Counted from the stretch's first letter, positions 19,154 to 27,844 are shown. The stretch: DNA of 64,000 nucleotides from Candidatus Peribacteria bacterium (GCA_028286915.1 JAQBQQ010000023.1:8005-72004); one strand, 5' to 3'. Numbers and translations are program-made. The notes: generated from the letters alone by a model not told the origin.

Positions 19154-19576
19154 ATGAAGCAAGCTGCGATTACATTCCTTTTGGCCACTACCCTGGTTCT
19201 GGGCGCTTGTTCGTCTAAAGCTCCGCCTGCGGACACTGTTCCGGTTCCGACGCCTGTAGTGGGCACATCCAGTGCGTCATCCGTTACTGCAGATTCTACG
19301 GTGCGCATTATTCCCATGACGGTGACGACATTCAAGTTTGAGCCGAATGCTGTGACCCTCAAGAAAGGGGAGAAAGTAAAAATCCGTATAACGGGTATCG
19401 AAGGTGTTCATGGCATAGGAGTGCCGGCCCTGGGTATAAATGTGCCGGTGAACCCGGGCGAAACCGTGGATATTGATGTGCCGACCGATACGGCCGGAAC
19501 CTACGAATTTTATTGCACCATTCCCTGTGGTCCTGGTCATGACAGTATGAAAGGGACTATCGTGATTGAGGCCTAA
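19154..19576 (+). CDS. cupredoxin-fold lipoprotein (copper-binding-like)
   Basis: Lipobox LVLGAC. The C-terminal YEFYCTIPCGPGHDSMKG resembles the Cys-His-Met ligand cluster of cupredoxin / CoxII-like domains. Confidence 0.7.
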   Translation: MKQAAITFLLATTLVLGACSSKAPPADTVPVPTPVVGTSSASSVTADSTVRIIPMTVTTFKFEPNAVTLKKGEKVKIRITGIEGVHGIGVPALGINVPVNPGETVDIDVPTDTAGTYEFYCTIPCGPGHDSMKGTIVIEA

Positions 19577-19592
19577 CTTCTTCTCATTTCAT

Positions 19593-20258
19593 ATGACATT
19601 CATGCGAAAATCAGCCTTTATTCCATTGGCCGTTATTCTTCTTATGGTTGTATCGGCGGTCTATGGAACATCCAGGTTGTTGTATGCCAAAAACCCGGAT
19701 CTGAATCATAGCCATGCGGATTTTGCCATATGGGTAAACGGGAAGAAGCTTGATTTCTCGGCTGACAAATATATGTCCAGCGAAACGAAACAACCAAGCG
19801 CAGGGAAAAAAGAGCTGAGCAGATTTCTGCATCTGCATGATGGAATCGGGTACGTGATTCACAGGCATAAGGCGGGGCTGACATTCGGGGATTTTTTGGA
19901 TTCCCTTGGCCTGACGGTATCGGGTAGTTGTCTCCGGTTGGATGATTATCAGTACCAACGATTGGATCCAGCCTGGCGACAGGATTTTGCCGTTACGCCA
20001 AACCTTTGCCCAACCGGGAAATTCCACTGGCAGATGTATGTAAACGGGGTGGAGCAGCCGGCGAATTTTGCGTACTTATTTAAGGATGGAGATCATATTC
20101 TTTTTGTTTACAGTGCTGCAGATAGCCATGTAGAGGAGCTAAAGCAAATGACGAACGATGCCTGTCTCTATTCCCAGACATGTCTCTGGCGCGGCAAAGC
20201 TCCCACCGAGCATTGCATTGCAGATCCGGAGGTGCCGTGTGTGGTACCACAATCATAA
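19593..20258 (+). CDS. hypothetical membrane-anchored His-rich protein
   Basis: ORF 19566..20258. N-terminal TM helix, HSHADFAIWVNG and FLHLHDGIGYVIHRH histidine clusters, conserved Cys pairs. Sits in the copper/redox cluster. Confidence 0.55.
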   Translation: MTFMRKSAFIPLAVILLMVVSAVYGTSRLLYAKNPDLNHSHADFAIWVNGKKLDFSADKYMSSETKQPSAGKKELSRFLHLHDGIGYVIHRHKAGLTFGDFLDSLGLTVSGSCLRLDDYQYQRLDPAWRQDFAVTPNLCPTGKFHWQMYVNGVEQPANFAYLFKDGDHILFVYSAADSHVEELKQMTNDACLYSQTCLWRGKAPTEHCIADPEVPCVVPQS

Positions 20259-20299
20259 AAATTCCAAATTGGAATTTAGGATTTGGAATTTGGAATTTT
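20259..20299. repeat. heptamer array GGAATTT x4 with one inverted copy
   Basis: aaattcc-aaatt-ggaattt aggattt ggaattt ggaattt t, immediately after the stop at 20258. No cytosines in the array. Confidence 0.85.
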
Positions 20300-20350
20300 G
20301 CCTATCTGTTCTTGCTTACCGGTTCTCATGCGTAGTGCTATATTTTATGT

Positions 20351-21313
20351 ATGTCTTCCCGTCAGGAAAGTACCATTACACGTATTCTCGTCGGTTTACT
20401 TTTTACAGCCGTATTAGCCGGTAACTGGGATGTGTGGTGGCATGGGGCGGTGGGGCGCGATTCGTTCTGGGAGCCGCCGCATATACTTTTATACAGCTCG
20501 GTGACTGCAGCGGTCCTGATTGCTTTGTATGCGTGGCGAATGTTTGGTGGCCGGCAGTGGCGGAACTTCACCCTGCTTCTTCTGCTGGTGCCGTTATCAG
20601 CCCCTATTGATGATGCATGGCACCGCATGTTCGGGCTGGAGGCGGTGAATGACCCGGTGATTATCTGGAGTCCGCCGCATCTGCTGTTGGTATTCGCTCT
20701 TGCGGCTGCCTGTGTATATTTGCTGAATTTGTTAAGAAATGAGACTGATGTGCATATCCGGTGGCTTGGCAGTTGCCTGCTTTTTGCCACTATTTTCAGT
20801 TTGTTGCTTTTCCCTACCATTCCCATCCAGCCCTGTGGCGCGTTTCAATTACTTGGTTTTTACGGTGCCGGAATTATTGCGGCTATTTTTATAGGACACA
20901 TGTTCTTTATTGAGCGCTTTTTGAAACAGCCGGGAAGCATTCTTTTATCGTTCTTCATATTTCTGGTTATTCATGCCACATTGCTTACCAGGCGTTTTGC
21001 GCCCGGCGTGCTTATTGCCAAAAATGATGTTCAGCCGGAATGGCTGATCATTTTTGCGTTTTTGGTACCGGCCTTATTCATGGAGTTAACGCCAAAACTT
21101 TCTGCCTGGCTGCGCGGAGGAATTGCCGCCGGGCTCTGGGCCGGTATTCTGTACGGTTTCTCGTCACCGTTTTTATTGCCGGAGTTTCAGTATTCGAATG
21201 GCGATGCTCTAACGGCCATTGCAACAAGTATAGGGGCAGGTTTGGTGATCGGATTGATTTATATCTCTATAATCAATTTCCCAAAACTAAAAACCATAAA
21301 CCAAAAACTATAA
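20351..21313 (+). CDS. hypothetical polytopic membrane protein
   Basis: 320 aa, about 8 TM helices, conserved W/H motifs (WDVWWHG, DDAWHRMFG). The 3' end is built from AAAACYA heptamers. Confidence 0.6.
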   Translation: MSSRQESTITRILVGLLFTAVLAGNWDVWWHGAVGRDSFWEPPHILLYSSVTAAVLIALYAWRMFGGRQWRNFTLLLLLVPLSAPIDDAWHRMFGLEAVNDPVIIWSPPHLLLVFALAAACVYLLNLLRNETDVHIRWLGSCLLFATIFSLLLFPTIPIQPCGAFQLLGFYGAGIIAAIFIGHMFFIERFLKQPGSILLSFFIFLVIHATLLTRRFAPGVLIAKNDVQPEWLIIFAFLVPALFMELTPKLSAWLRGGIAAGLWAGILYGFSSPFLLPEFQYSNGDALTAIATSIGAGLVIGLIYISIINFPKLKTINQKL

Positions 21314-21316
21314 ACG
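21283..21316. repeat. heptamer tract AAAACYA/TAAACSN x5 at the gene 3' end
   Basis: aaaacta aaaacca taaacca aaaacta taaacg. Encodes PKLKTINQKL and the stop. Confidence 0.8.
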
Positions 21317-21325
21317 TATCATCAA

Positions 21326-22762
21326 CTACTCACTCACTTTCACATCCATCCGCAACATAGCCATGGAACAGAGAATCTGGAAATCTTTTGTCGGGTAGCC
21401 GATATGCATCCAGTTGCCGCCTTTTACGACCGGAGTGGAAGCGCCATACACCGGCGCCACAATGGTGCTGGCGCAACCGTAAGGTGTGGCAGCAGCGTAG
21501 GCATAGACCCAGGTATCAAAACCGGGGCGGATAGTGGCGAGTGCCGGACTAAAACCCTGGTCGCTTACGCTTATGGCCAGAATCTGTCGGTTTTGAGCGT
21601 CTGTGGAGACGTATTGGCGGGTAGGGTCGGTGGCTGTCACTTGCGCGCGGCTGCTGGAAAAAAGAATATGATCCAGAGCGCCGGCGGCATTCACTCCGGA
21701 CAGAAGTAAGCCGCTATTCAGCTGGGACATGCCAAGAATAACAGCCACGGAACCGGCAAACTGCAGGAAGATGCGGCCTTTTCTGCCATCCAGAACAGAA
21801 CTCAAAATACTGATGCCAAGCAAGGAGGGGAGCGTGCCCAGCGCAAATATAAACATAATGGCGGCGCCTTTGAAAAAGCTGCCGGAACCAAGTGCCAGCA
21901 CCTGCATGGACTGCGTAAAACCGCAGGGCACGAAAAATGTGAGTGCGCCCAGGCCAATTGGCATCAGCGGATTTTTGGATTCAGTCAGTCTGCCAATGCG
22001 ATTCTGGAAACCGCGCGGCAGGGGAATGCTGCAGTAGCGTTTGGGGAGTATATGCAGAATGTTCAGGCCCAGCATGAGCATAATGACGGCAATGACAATG
22101 GTAAGCGCTCCTTTTAAGGGTGTGGACAATGTGAACACCGTACCTATGGCACCAATAATGCCGCCGAACAGAAAATAGCCCGCCAGACGGCCGGCATTGA
22201 AAGCGAGTAGAGGCTGGAAACGTTCCAGCCGGCTTTGGGACTTGTGTGTCTCGGCCCATTTGGCCGATACAGTGAGCAGTAAACCGCCAACCATGGCCAT
22301 GCAACTGGAAAATGCCGCTACGAGCCCGATGGAGAAAATAGCACCCGTGCCAAGTACGCCCTGTACTTCTGTGGGTACAGTGAGAACATGAAAGTGCGTG
22401 AGCAATTGATACAGTGCCAGTACAAAAATAAGCATGCCGCCCACTTCTATAAGCGCAAGATGTGATTGCGGTGAGGTTGTATTACCTGCAGATGCAGTGA
22501 GTTCGTGGTTCCGGGTGGTGCCAAGTACATATGATGTATGGGCGAGCGCTTTTTGCAGAGCAGCGAGGCTGATTTTTTTTGTGGAATATACTTCCACTTC
22601 CGCCCGGCGCTCGCTGGCACGCACATCGGTAATGCCGGCGACTTTTTGTAAGTTTTGTTCAATGAGCAATTCGCAGCTGCGGCATGTCATGCCCCGGACT
22701 GAAAACAGCTGACGGATAAGTCTGGCCCCGGAAGAAAGTTCGGAAGGAGGTGCAGAAGACAT
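21326..22762 (-). CDS. HMA-domain / DsbD_2 (TauE/CcdA-like) membrane protein with C-terminal extracytoplasmic domain
   Basis: 478 aa. N-terminal heavy-metal-associated fold with a MTCRSC CxxC, then 6-8 TM helices with a FFVPCGFTQ motif typical of the DsbD_2 / cytochrome c biogenesis-like family, then a ~110-aa soluble C-terminal domain. Confidence 0.7.
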   Translation of the reverse strand: MSSAPPSELSSGARLIRQLFSVRGMTCRSCELLIEQNLQKVAGITDVRASERRAEVEVYSTKKISLAALQKALAHTSYVLGTTRNHELTASAGNTTSPQSHLALIEVGGMLIFVLALYQLLTHFHVLTVPTEVQGVLGTGAIFSIGLVAAFSSCMAMVGGLLLTVSAKWAETHKSQSRLERFQPLLAFNAGRLAGYFLFGGIIGAIGTVFTLSTPLKGALTIVIAVIMLMLGLNILHILPKRYCSIPLPRGFQNRIGRLTESKNPLMPIGLGALTFFVPCGFTQSMQVLALGSGSFFKGAAIMFIFALGTLPSLLGISILSSVLDGRKGRIFLQFAGSVAVILGMSQLNSGLLLSGVNAAGALDHILFSSSRAQVTATDPTRQYVSTDAQNRQILAISVSDQGFSPALATIRPGFDTWVYAYAAATPYGCASTIVAPVYGASTPVVKGGNWMHIGYPTKDFQILCSMAMLRMDVKVSE

Positions 22763-22865
22763 TACCTGTATAGTATAGCATAAATTGATGTTTTTGCCGG
22801 TGGACGATCTTTTAATTTTGTTAAAAATCCATTATAACCATACTGTTTCCTTTCTCATTGTTCTT

Positions 22866-23459
22866 ATGATCATTGATCCTGTTGATCCGCCCGCCCACCC
22901 TTTGCCAGATGATGCCCATGAAGCCGGCTTGGATCCCGCTACACTTACCGAGAATGATCCGTCTGCTCCAGGGCCGGGCAATGACCTTACGGCAGCCAGG
23001 ATTGCCTTACTGGAGGCAAAAATTATTGATCTGGAAGTGCAAGTACAGAAGTTTATGGAGCTGGCCGCGCGTTCGCAGGCGGAACTGCAGAATGCCAAGC
23101 TGCGCATGGATAAAGATGCCAAAGACATTCGCCAGTACGCATCAGAAGCTATTCTGTTAAAGCTGCTCCCGACTATTGATAACTTCCAACGGGCATTCCA
23201 GCACCTGCCGGAGGAGCTGAAAAGCCACGAATGGATAAAAGGCATGCTGGCTATGGAGCAGGACTTTATGAAACAGGTGACGGATTTGGGAATGAAAAAA
23301 ATAGAATCACTTGGCCAGCAGGTGGACCCGCACCGGCATGAAGTGGTGACTGTAGGCGAAGGGAAAGAAGGGGAGATCCTGGAAGTGTTTGAAGATGGTT
23401 ATGAACTCCACGGCAAAGTCATTCGCCCGGCAAAAGTGAAAGTGGGTGGCGGGGCGTAA
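22866..23459 (+). CDS. grpE: nucleotide exchange factor GrpE
   Basis: ORF 22785..23459. Coiled-coil N-terminal half and the C-terminal DPHRHEVV...GYELHGKVIRPAKVKV GrpE signature. No dnaK follows. Confidence 0.9.
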   Translation: MIIDPVDPPAHPLPDDAHEAGLDPATLTENDPSAPGPGNDLTAARIALLEAKIIDLEVQVQKFMELAARSQAELQNAKLRMDKDAKDIRQYASEAILLKLLPTIDNFQRAFQHLPEELKSHEWIKGMLAMEQDFMKQVTDLGMKKIESLGQQVDPHRHEVVTVGEGKEGEILEVFEDGYELHGKVIRPAKVKVGGGA

Positions 23460-23460
23460 G

Positions 23461-23491
23461 TTGATTGGTTACTAGTTATTTGGTTGATTGG
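23461..23491. repeat. TTGGTT/GATTGG-family low-complexity repeat
   Basis: ttgattggttactagttatttggttgattgg, directly after the grpE stop. Shares ggtt(t)actagtt and ttgattgg with the 45446-45537 copy. Confidence 0.75.
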
Positions 23492-23723
23492 AATACATAT
23501 GACATACCTTATGAAACAGGACAGCATGTATCTTGATGTGAATGATTGGGAAGAATATCTCAACTATAAAGTTCATGGATCCATAATCCGGTTGGATGTT
23601 TACCGTCGTATAGAAGTAGTTATGCAGGGAAACCACAAGATTCTGGCACTTATTGTGGAGGGAATACGCATATGCAGGCTCCTGGAAAAAGCGGCAGCCG
23701 ATTGCGTTAAAAACGAATTTTAA
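23484..23723 (+). CDS. hypothetical small protein (AT-rich island)
   Basis: 79-aa ORF in an AT-rich gap. No homology recognised. Coding status uncertain. Confidence 0.3.
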   Translation: MIGIHMTYLMKQDSMYLDVNDWEEYLNYKVHGSIIRLDVYRRIEVVMQGNHKILALIVEGIRICRLLEKAAADCVKNEF

Positions 23724-23785
23724 ACCGTAGATGTTGAGCAGAAGATGGTTTTTTGATATAATGATGACTTCATTCACATAGATAT

Positions 23786-24043
23786 ATGAAACATTCAGAT
23801 GCCAATGTATCAAACGAGGAACAGGACATACCGCCATCTATGAGCATACGGCGCATGGAATCTTCAATTTCGTCCGAAGAGTGGAGTCAATTTACTGACT
23901 ATATGGAACTGGGTACGCCCATTGATTCCAATCTTTTAGATAAATTTCGTACTATTGCAAAGGCAGATGAATACATTCAAAAACAGTGGGGCTTTACCAG
24001 GTTACAGATTGCCCGGCTGCTTGGTAATCCTCAAAATCAATAA
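23786..24043 (+). CDS. hypothetical small protein with C-terminal HTH-like segment
   Basis: 85 aa. The C-terminal WGFTRLQIARLLG resembles a helix-turn-helix recognition segment. Confidence 0.4.
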   Translation: MKHSDANVSNEEQDIPPSMSIRRMESSISSEEWSQFTDYMELGTPIDSNLLDKFRTIAKADEYIQKQWGFTRLQIARLLGNPQNQ

Positions 24044-24198
24044 CAGGTTTTAGAACTTCAGTAAGCCATTTTTTAGAAGGCCGATTATCAGATACACCGT
24101 ACTGATAATTGCCAACGGGATATTCACAAGCATGACGATAAGTCCGTCCAGTTCAATGTAAGGTTTGCCGAGGTGATACATAAAAATTGAATGTGCTA

Positions 24199-25479
24199 TT
24201 ACTGCTCAATATATTGCCTGAATTGCTCGCCTTTATCTTCGAAGTTTTTGAACATGTTATAGCTGGGCGAGGCTGTGGAAAGCAGGCACATTTTACCGGG
24301 TTTGGTGTTTGCTTTGGCGGCTTCTACGGCTGCCGGCATATCCTGTGCTTCATAAAAGCTGATGCCGATGCGGTGGGCGTCTTCAATGGCGCGCTTAATG
24401 CGGCTGCCTGTTTCCGGGAATAGAATGACATTGGCAATCATGGAATCGGCAACCATCTGGCCGAGGTCGCCAAAATCATAGCCGCGGTCCTGGCCGCCCA
24501 GAATAATAGTGTGCACTTTATTGCCCAGAGCTTTAAGGGCTGCCATGGTACTCTCCGGAGTGGTGGAAATGGCGTCATCCACCCATTCTATCCCGTGATG
24601 CATTCCCAGAAATTGCAGCCGGTGCGGCAGGCCTTCAAAATGTCTGATGGCCGCCAGAGTGATATCATCAGCAATATGAAGATGCTTTGCCACGGCACAG
24701 GCGCCGGCAATGTTGGATAAATTATGATCGCCCAGAAGTCTGGTTTCGTTTATGTGCAGCGGGGCATCTGCTCTGGAAAAAGGGATTTTCTGTCCGGCTG
24801 ATTGTCCCGCAATCTCCGTAGCTCCGCTGGAATCCTTATTATAAAAAACGATGTCATCGGGTGTCTGAAAACGGGTAATATGTTTCTTGGCCTCCATATA
24901 GGCTTCCAGCGAGCCATGGTAATCCAAATGCTCCGGGAAAAAGCTGGTAATGACGGCTATGTGCGGACTGGTGTGCAGGTCCATCAGTTGGTAGCTGCTC
25001 ATTTCCAGTACAAAGATTACCCCGGCATGGGCGTCGCCAATATGATCAATGGCGGGCAGACCGATATTTCCAACAAGGTGCACATCTTTGCCGGCTGCCT
25101 TAAGAACAGCGTAGATCAGGCTGCTGGTTGTGCTTTTTCCCTTGGAACCCGTAACGCCGATGGCGGCGGCACCCGTGTCTTTAGTGGAATCGAGGAAAAT
25201 TTGCGTGGAAGATGTGAGTTTTGAGTTTTGAGCTTTGAGTTCAGGGCCCGGAGGAATACCGGGAGATTTGATAATGACATCAAATTTCTCAAGGTTTTCC
25301 AGCCAACCGGTGCCGAGCTGTTTTGCGTATTGCTCCGGCACGGCAATGTTTTCATTTTTGTCGGCAACGGTTATTGTACAATCTGTACAATGCTTTTCAA
25401 TAGCCCGGAGCATGGCTTGTCCTTCTTTGCCAAAGCCCAGAATGCAGATTTTTTTGCGGGTCAGTTCTGTAATATGCAT
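24199..25479 (-). CDS. murD: UDP-N-acetylmuramoyl-L-alanine--glutamate ligase (MurD family)
   Basis: 426 aa. N-terminal Rossmann ILGFGKEGQA, P-loop GVTGSKGKSTTSS, and Mur ligase central and C-terminal domains. Confidence 0.9.
   Translation of the reverse strand: MHITELTRKKICILGFGKEGQAMLRAIEKHCTDCTITVADKNENIAVPEQYAKQLGTGWLENLEKFDVIIKSPGIPPGPELKAQNSKLTSSTQIFLDSTKDTGAAAIGVTGSKGKSTTSSLIYAVLKAAGKDVHLVGNIGLPAIDHIGDAHAGVIFVLEMSSYQLMDLHTSPHIAVITSFFPEHLDYHGSLEAYMEAKKHITRFQTPDDIVFYNKDSSGATEIAGQSAGQKIPFSRADAPLHINETRLLGDHNLSNIAGACAVAKHLHIADDITLAAIRHFEGLPHRLQFLGMHHGIEWVDDAISTTPESTMAALKALGNKVHTIILGGQDRGYDFGDLGQMVADSMIANVILFPETGSRIKRAIEDAHRIGISFYEAQDMPAAVEAAKANTKPGKMCLLSTASPSYNMFKNFEDKGEQFRQYIEQ
25214..25241. 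repeat. 4 x heptamer TTGAGYT inside murD coding sequence
   Basis: gtgagtt ttgagtt ttgagct ttgagtt, followed by cagggc. Encodes ELKAQNSKLT on the minus strand. Confidence 0.9.
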
Positions 25480-25481
25480 GG

Positions 25482-26966
25482 CTACAGAATAGCAGACTCG
25501 TACTTTTGCGGAATGGCATGATCGTCTGACGGTGTGAGTTCCTGCTCAATGAGCGCATGGACATCGGCAGGCAGACCTGTTTCCTCCAGTGCCATTTTCA
25601 TAACGGGTGTCTGCTCCCAGCCGCCGCGTTCGTGTGCCAGAATGAATGCCGACGCCGTTTCTTCCGGTGTACCCACGCACTCAAATGGCTTAAAGCCTTC
25701 CAGATCCAGTAACTGGCGGTACAGCGGAATAAGTGTTTCATCGTCGAAAAGATTTTTGCCGAACATAGTCACGAGCGTATCTTTTGGAAGGTACGCTGCC
25801 AGAAGTACAAAGACGAATGCGCATTTTGGACATTTGCCGCACCAGCCTCCGCGCTTTGGAGATTTTTTGCTGTCAGTCGAGGTTTGAGTATTTTCTGCTT
25901 TATCCGTATCTGCGCTCTGGCTGGCAGGCCAGGATTTTTCGAAGTTTTCTTTTAAGTATTTCCAGTTGGTATTACAGCTGGTGACATGTTCAAAGTATTG
26001 CGGGTATGTGCTGAAGAGCTTGGCGATAGCCAGTTCGCTGAGCGGCCGGAGCAGGCTGAAATACTGCACCTGCGTTTTGACGGTGGTTTCCAGGTAGTGC
26101 TGGAACATATGTTCGAATTCCAGGCCTTTGCTCCACTGGTGGTTAATATCTTTGCCCAAATACCAGACATTTCCTTCATTGGCGCTGCGCTCGTTGCTCA
26201 TGACAACGGATTCAAAGCCGTAGAGAATACTGAGGACAACGGTAACGGCGCTAAGGTATGCCGTAATCGGAACATGGCCGTTGAGCGCACCCTTGGCATT
26301 TAAATCAAACAGCGTTGGTGACAAATGGCGTTCGGCTGTGAGCATGGGAAGTTTGGCAATTTCGGCCAGCTTGTCGATAAACGGATGGCTGCCCATACGG
26401 AACAGGACAGGGTCAAACCCGGCTTTCTTTAGTAGTTCGATAGTCACCATGGAGTCTTTGCCGCCCCCGATGGGCACAAGAATCTGTTGATTGGTTGGTT
26501 CGTTTATTGGTTTATCGTTTGTACCTTGCTCACCGGAGAGCTTGCTCATACGTGCATTATTTTTTTCTACAATCCGCAGTTGTTCTTCTACGGACAGTAG
26601 GGGCTTGGTTGCCGATGGGAAATTGATGAGATCGGTAAAATCGATCTTATTCTGGTAGAAGAACTCGCCGAGACCGTTTTCGTACACGGTGTTCCAGAAT
26701 TTGGTTTCACGTTTGCTCAGGATGCCGGACCGTATTTCCATCTGTTTCGGCAGGCATGTTTTGTAGTAACTGATGCCGCCAATAAGGTGCAGCATAAAGA
26801 GTGCCCGTTCCAGTTCATCCGGGTCGTAGGCCACAAAGCCTACATGCGGCAGGATAATCTTCTCCGTAAACTTCACATGTCCGTCCAGGCTATAGTTTAA
26901 CTGAATCTCACCTTTGGCAGGCAGAAACACGTATGAATGGAAAATGAAGGTCTTAAAAGTGTCCAT
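25482..26966 (-). CDS. PP-loop (SGGxDS-like) ATP pyrophosphatase-superfamily protein, candidate MurL-like epimerase
   Basis: 494 aa. VPIGGGKDSMVT is a PP-loop-like motif, and there is a C-terminal CGKCPKC cysteine cluster. The stop lies 2 nt before the murD start. Confidence 0.6.
   Translation of the reverse strand: MDTFKTFIFHSYVFLPAKGEIQLNYSLDGHVKFTEKIILPHVGFVAYDPDELERALFMLHLIGGISYYKTCLPKQMEIRSGILSKRETKFWNTVYENGLGEFFYQNKIDFTDLINFPSATKPLLSVEEQLRIVEKNNARMSKLSGEQGTNDKPINEPTNQQILVPIGGGKDSMVTIELLKKAGFDPVLFRMGSHPFIDKLAEIAKLPMLTAERHLSPTLFDLNAKGALNGHVPITAYLSAVTVVLSILYGFESVVMSNERSANEGNVWYLGKDINHQWSKGLEFEHMFQHYLETTVKTQVQYFSLLRPLSELAIAKLFSTYPQYFEHVTSCNTNWKYLKENFEKSWPASQSADTDKAENTQTSTDSKKSPKRGGWCGKCPKCAFVFVLLAAYLPKDTLVTMFGKNLFDDETLIPLYRQLLDLEGFKPFECVGTPEETASAFILAHERGGWEQTPVMKMALEETGLPADVHALIEQELTPSDDHAIPQKYESAIL
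26486..26521. repeat. TTGGTT-family repeat inside coding sequence
   Basis: gttgattggttggttcgtttattggtttatcgtttg. Encodes TNDKPINEPTNQQ on the minus strand. Confidence 0.7.
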
Positions 26967-27142
26967 AGGGGCAGAGTGTAGCGGAAAAACAGCTTGGAAT
27001 ACACAAAATCGCTGGCTGGCGGGGTAAACCCGGTCTTGGATTGATTTACTGTATATATATTATACAATAATTATGTGGAAGGCAAAGGATGACCGCCTGC
27101 CACAGTGTCAGGATGTTCGTTCATTTCACTTCGGAGGCATTC

Positions 27143-27427
27143 ATGATGATTCATTTCATCAAAGATCAGTGGCTCGGCTCGGGCATTATTGCCATCTCTC
27201 TGGCTGTTGTAATTTTTTGGATGGTCTGGCGGTTGTTGCTGTACTTGTATGATTCCCTGGTACGACCGAAACGTGAAAGGCGACTGCTTCAGCAGGCTGT
27301 GCAGAGGGTTATGGAAAAGAAGGGTGGCCACCCCGATGATATCGAGGCGGCTATCACGATCACCACACAGCTCACGGGCTTGTCTATTGAAGAAGTTACT
27401 GAAGACTGGTTGGATCAGACATCCTGA
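27143..27427 (+). CDS. hypothetical single-pass membrane protein
   Basis: ORF 27089..27427. One TM helix (GIIAISLAVVIFWMVWRLLLYL). A strong terminator follows. Confidence 0.45.
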   Translation: MMIHFIKDQWLGSGIIAISLAVVIFWMVWRLLLYLYDSLVRPKRERRLLQQAVQRVMEKKGGHPDDIEAAITITTQLTGLSIEEVTEDWLDQTS

Positions 27428-27433
27428 TATACA

Positions 27434-27466
27434 GCCCCGCAACCAAGCGTTGCGGGGCGTTTTTTA
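27434..27466. terminator. rho-independent terminator (convergent genes)
   Basis: 10-bp stem gccccgcaac/gttgcggggc, 5-nt loop, T5 run. Overlaps the stop of the minus-strand gene at 27464. Confidence 0.8.
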
Positions 27467-27844
27467 TTTCTCATTCGTCGGCTTGCTCCGGATAATCAGC
27501 AGTAACTTGGCAATGCCCCATGCCAATAGCGGGTACACGATAAGGGCGATGATGGTTGTCGGTTCAAAGACGCGCTGTACGCTGCCGCCGGACAGCAGAC
27601 CGGGCTTGAATAGTCCTTGAAATGGCAGAACTAACACAGTGGTAGTGCCATACACCAGTGCGGCAAAGACGTTGCCGGGGTTTGCAGAGGAGAGTTTGAA
27701 AAAGAACCGGAAGACAAGCAGTACTTCTATAACACCAAGGCCGTAGTATACCAGCCGGTACGTCCGGTGGTCATTTACGGCAATTTCATACTGAGCCGGC
27801 TGCGTAATGCTGTCTTCTTTGATTTCTATTTTTTCATCTGCCAT
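27464..27844 (-). CDS. hypothetical membrane protein (YggT-like size and topology)
   Basis: 126 aa with 3 hydrophobic helices. Family assignment is uncertain. Confidence 0.5.
   Translation of the reverse strand: MADEKIEIKEDSITQPAQYEIAVNDHRTYRLVYYGLGVIEVLLVFRFFFKLSSANPGNVFAALVYGTTTVLVLPFQGLFKPGLLSGGSVQRVFEPTTIIALIVYPLLAWGIAKLLLIIRSKPTNEK

Noticed and set aside
18979-19362. 127-aa minus-strand ORF spanning the hairpin element and the cupredoxin gene start
   Set aside because: It overlaps the better-supported plus-strand lipoprotein gene and the non-coding repeat region. No motifs.
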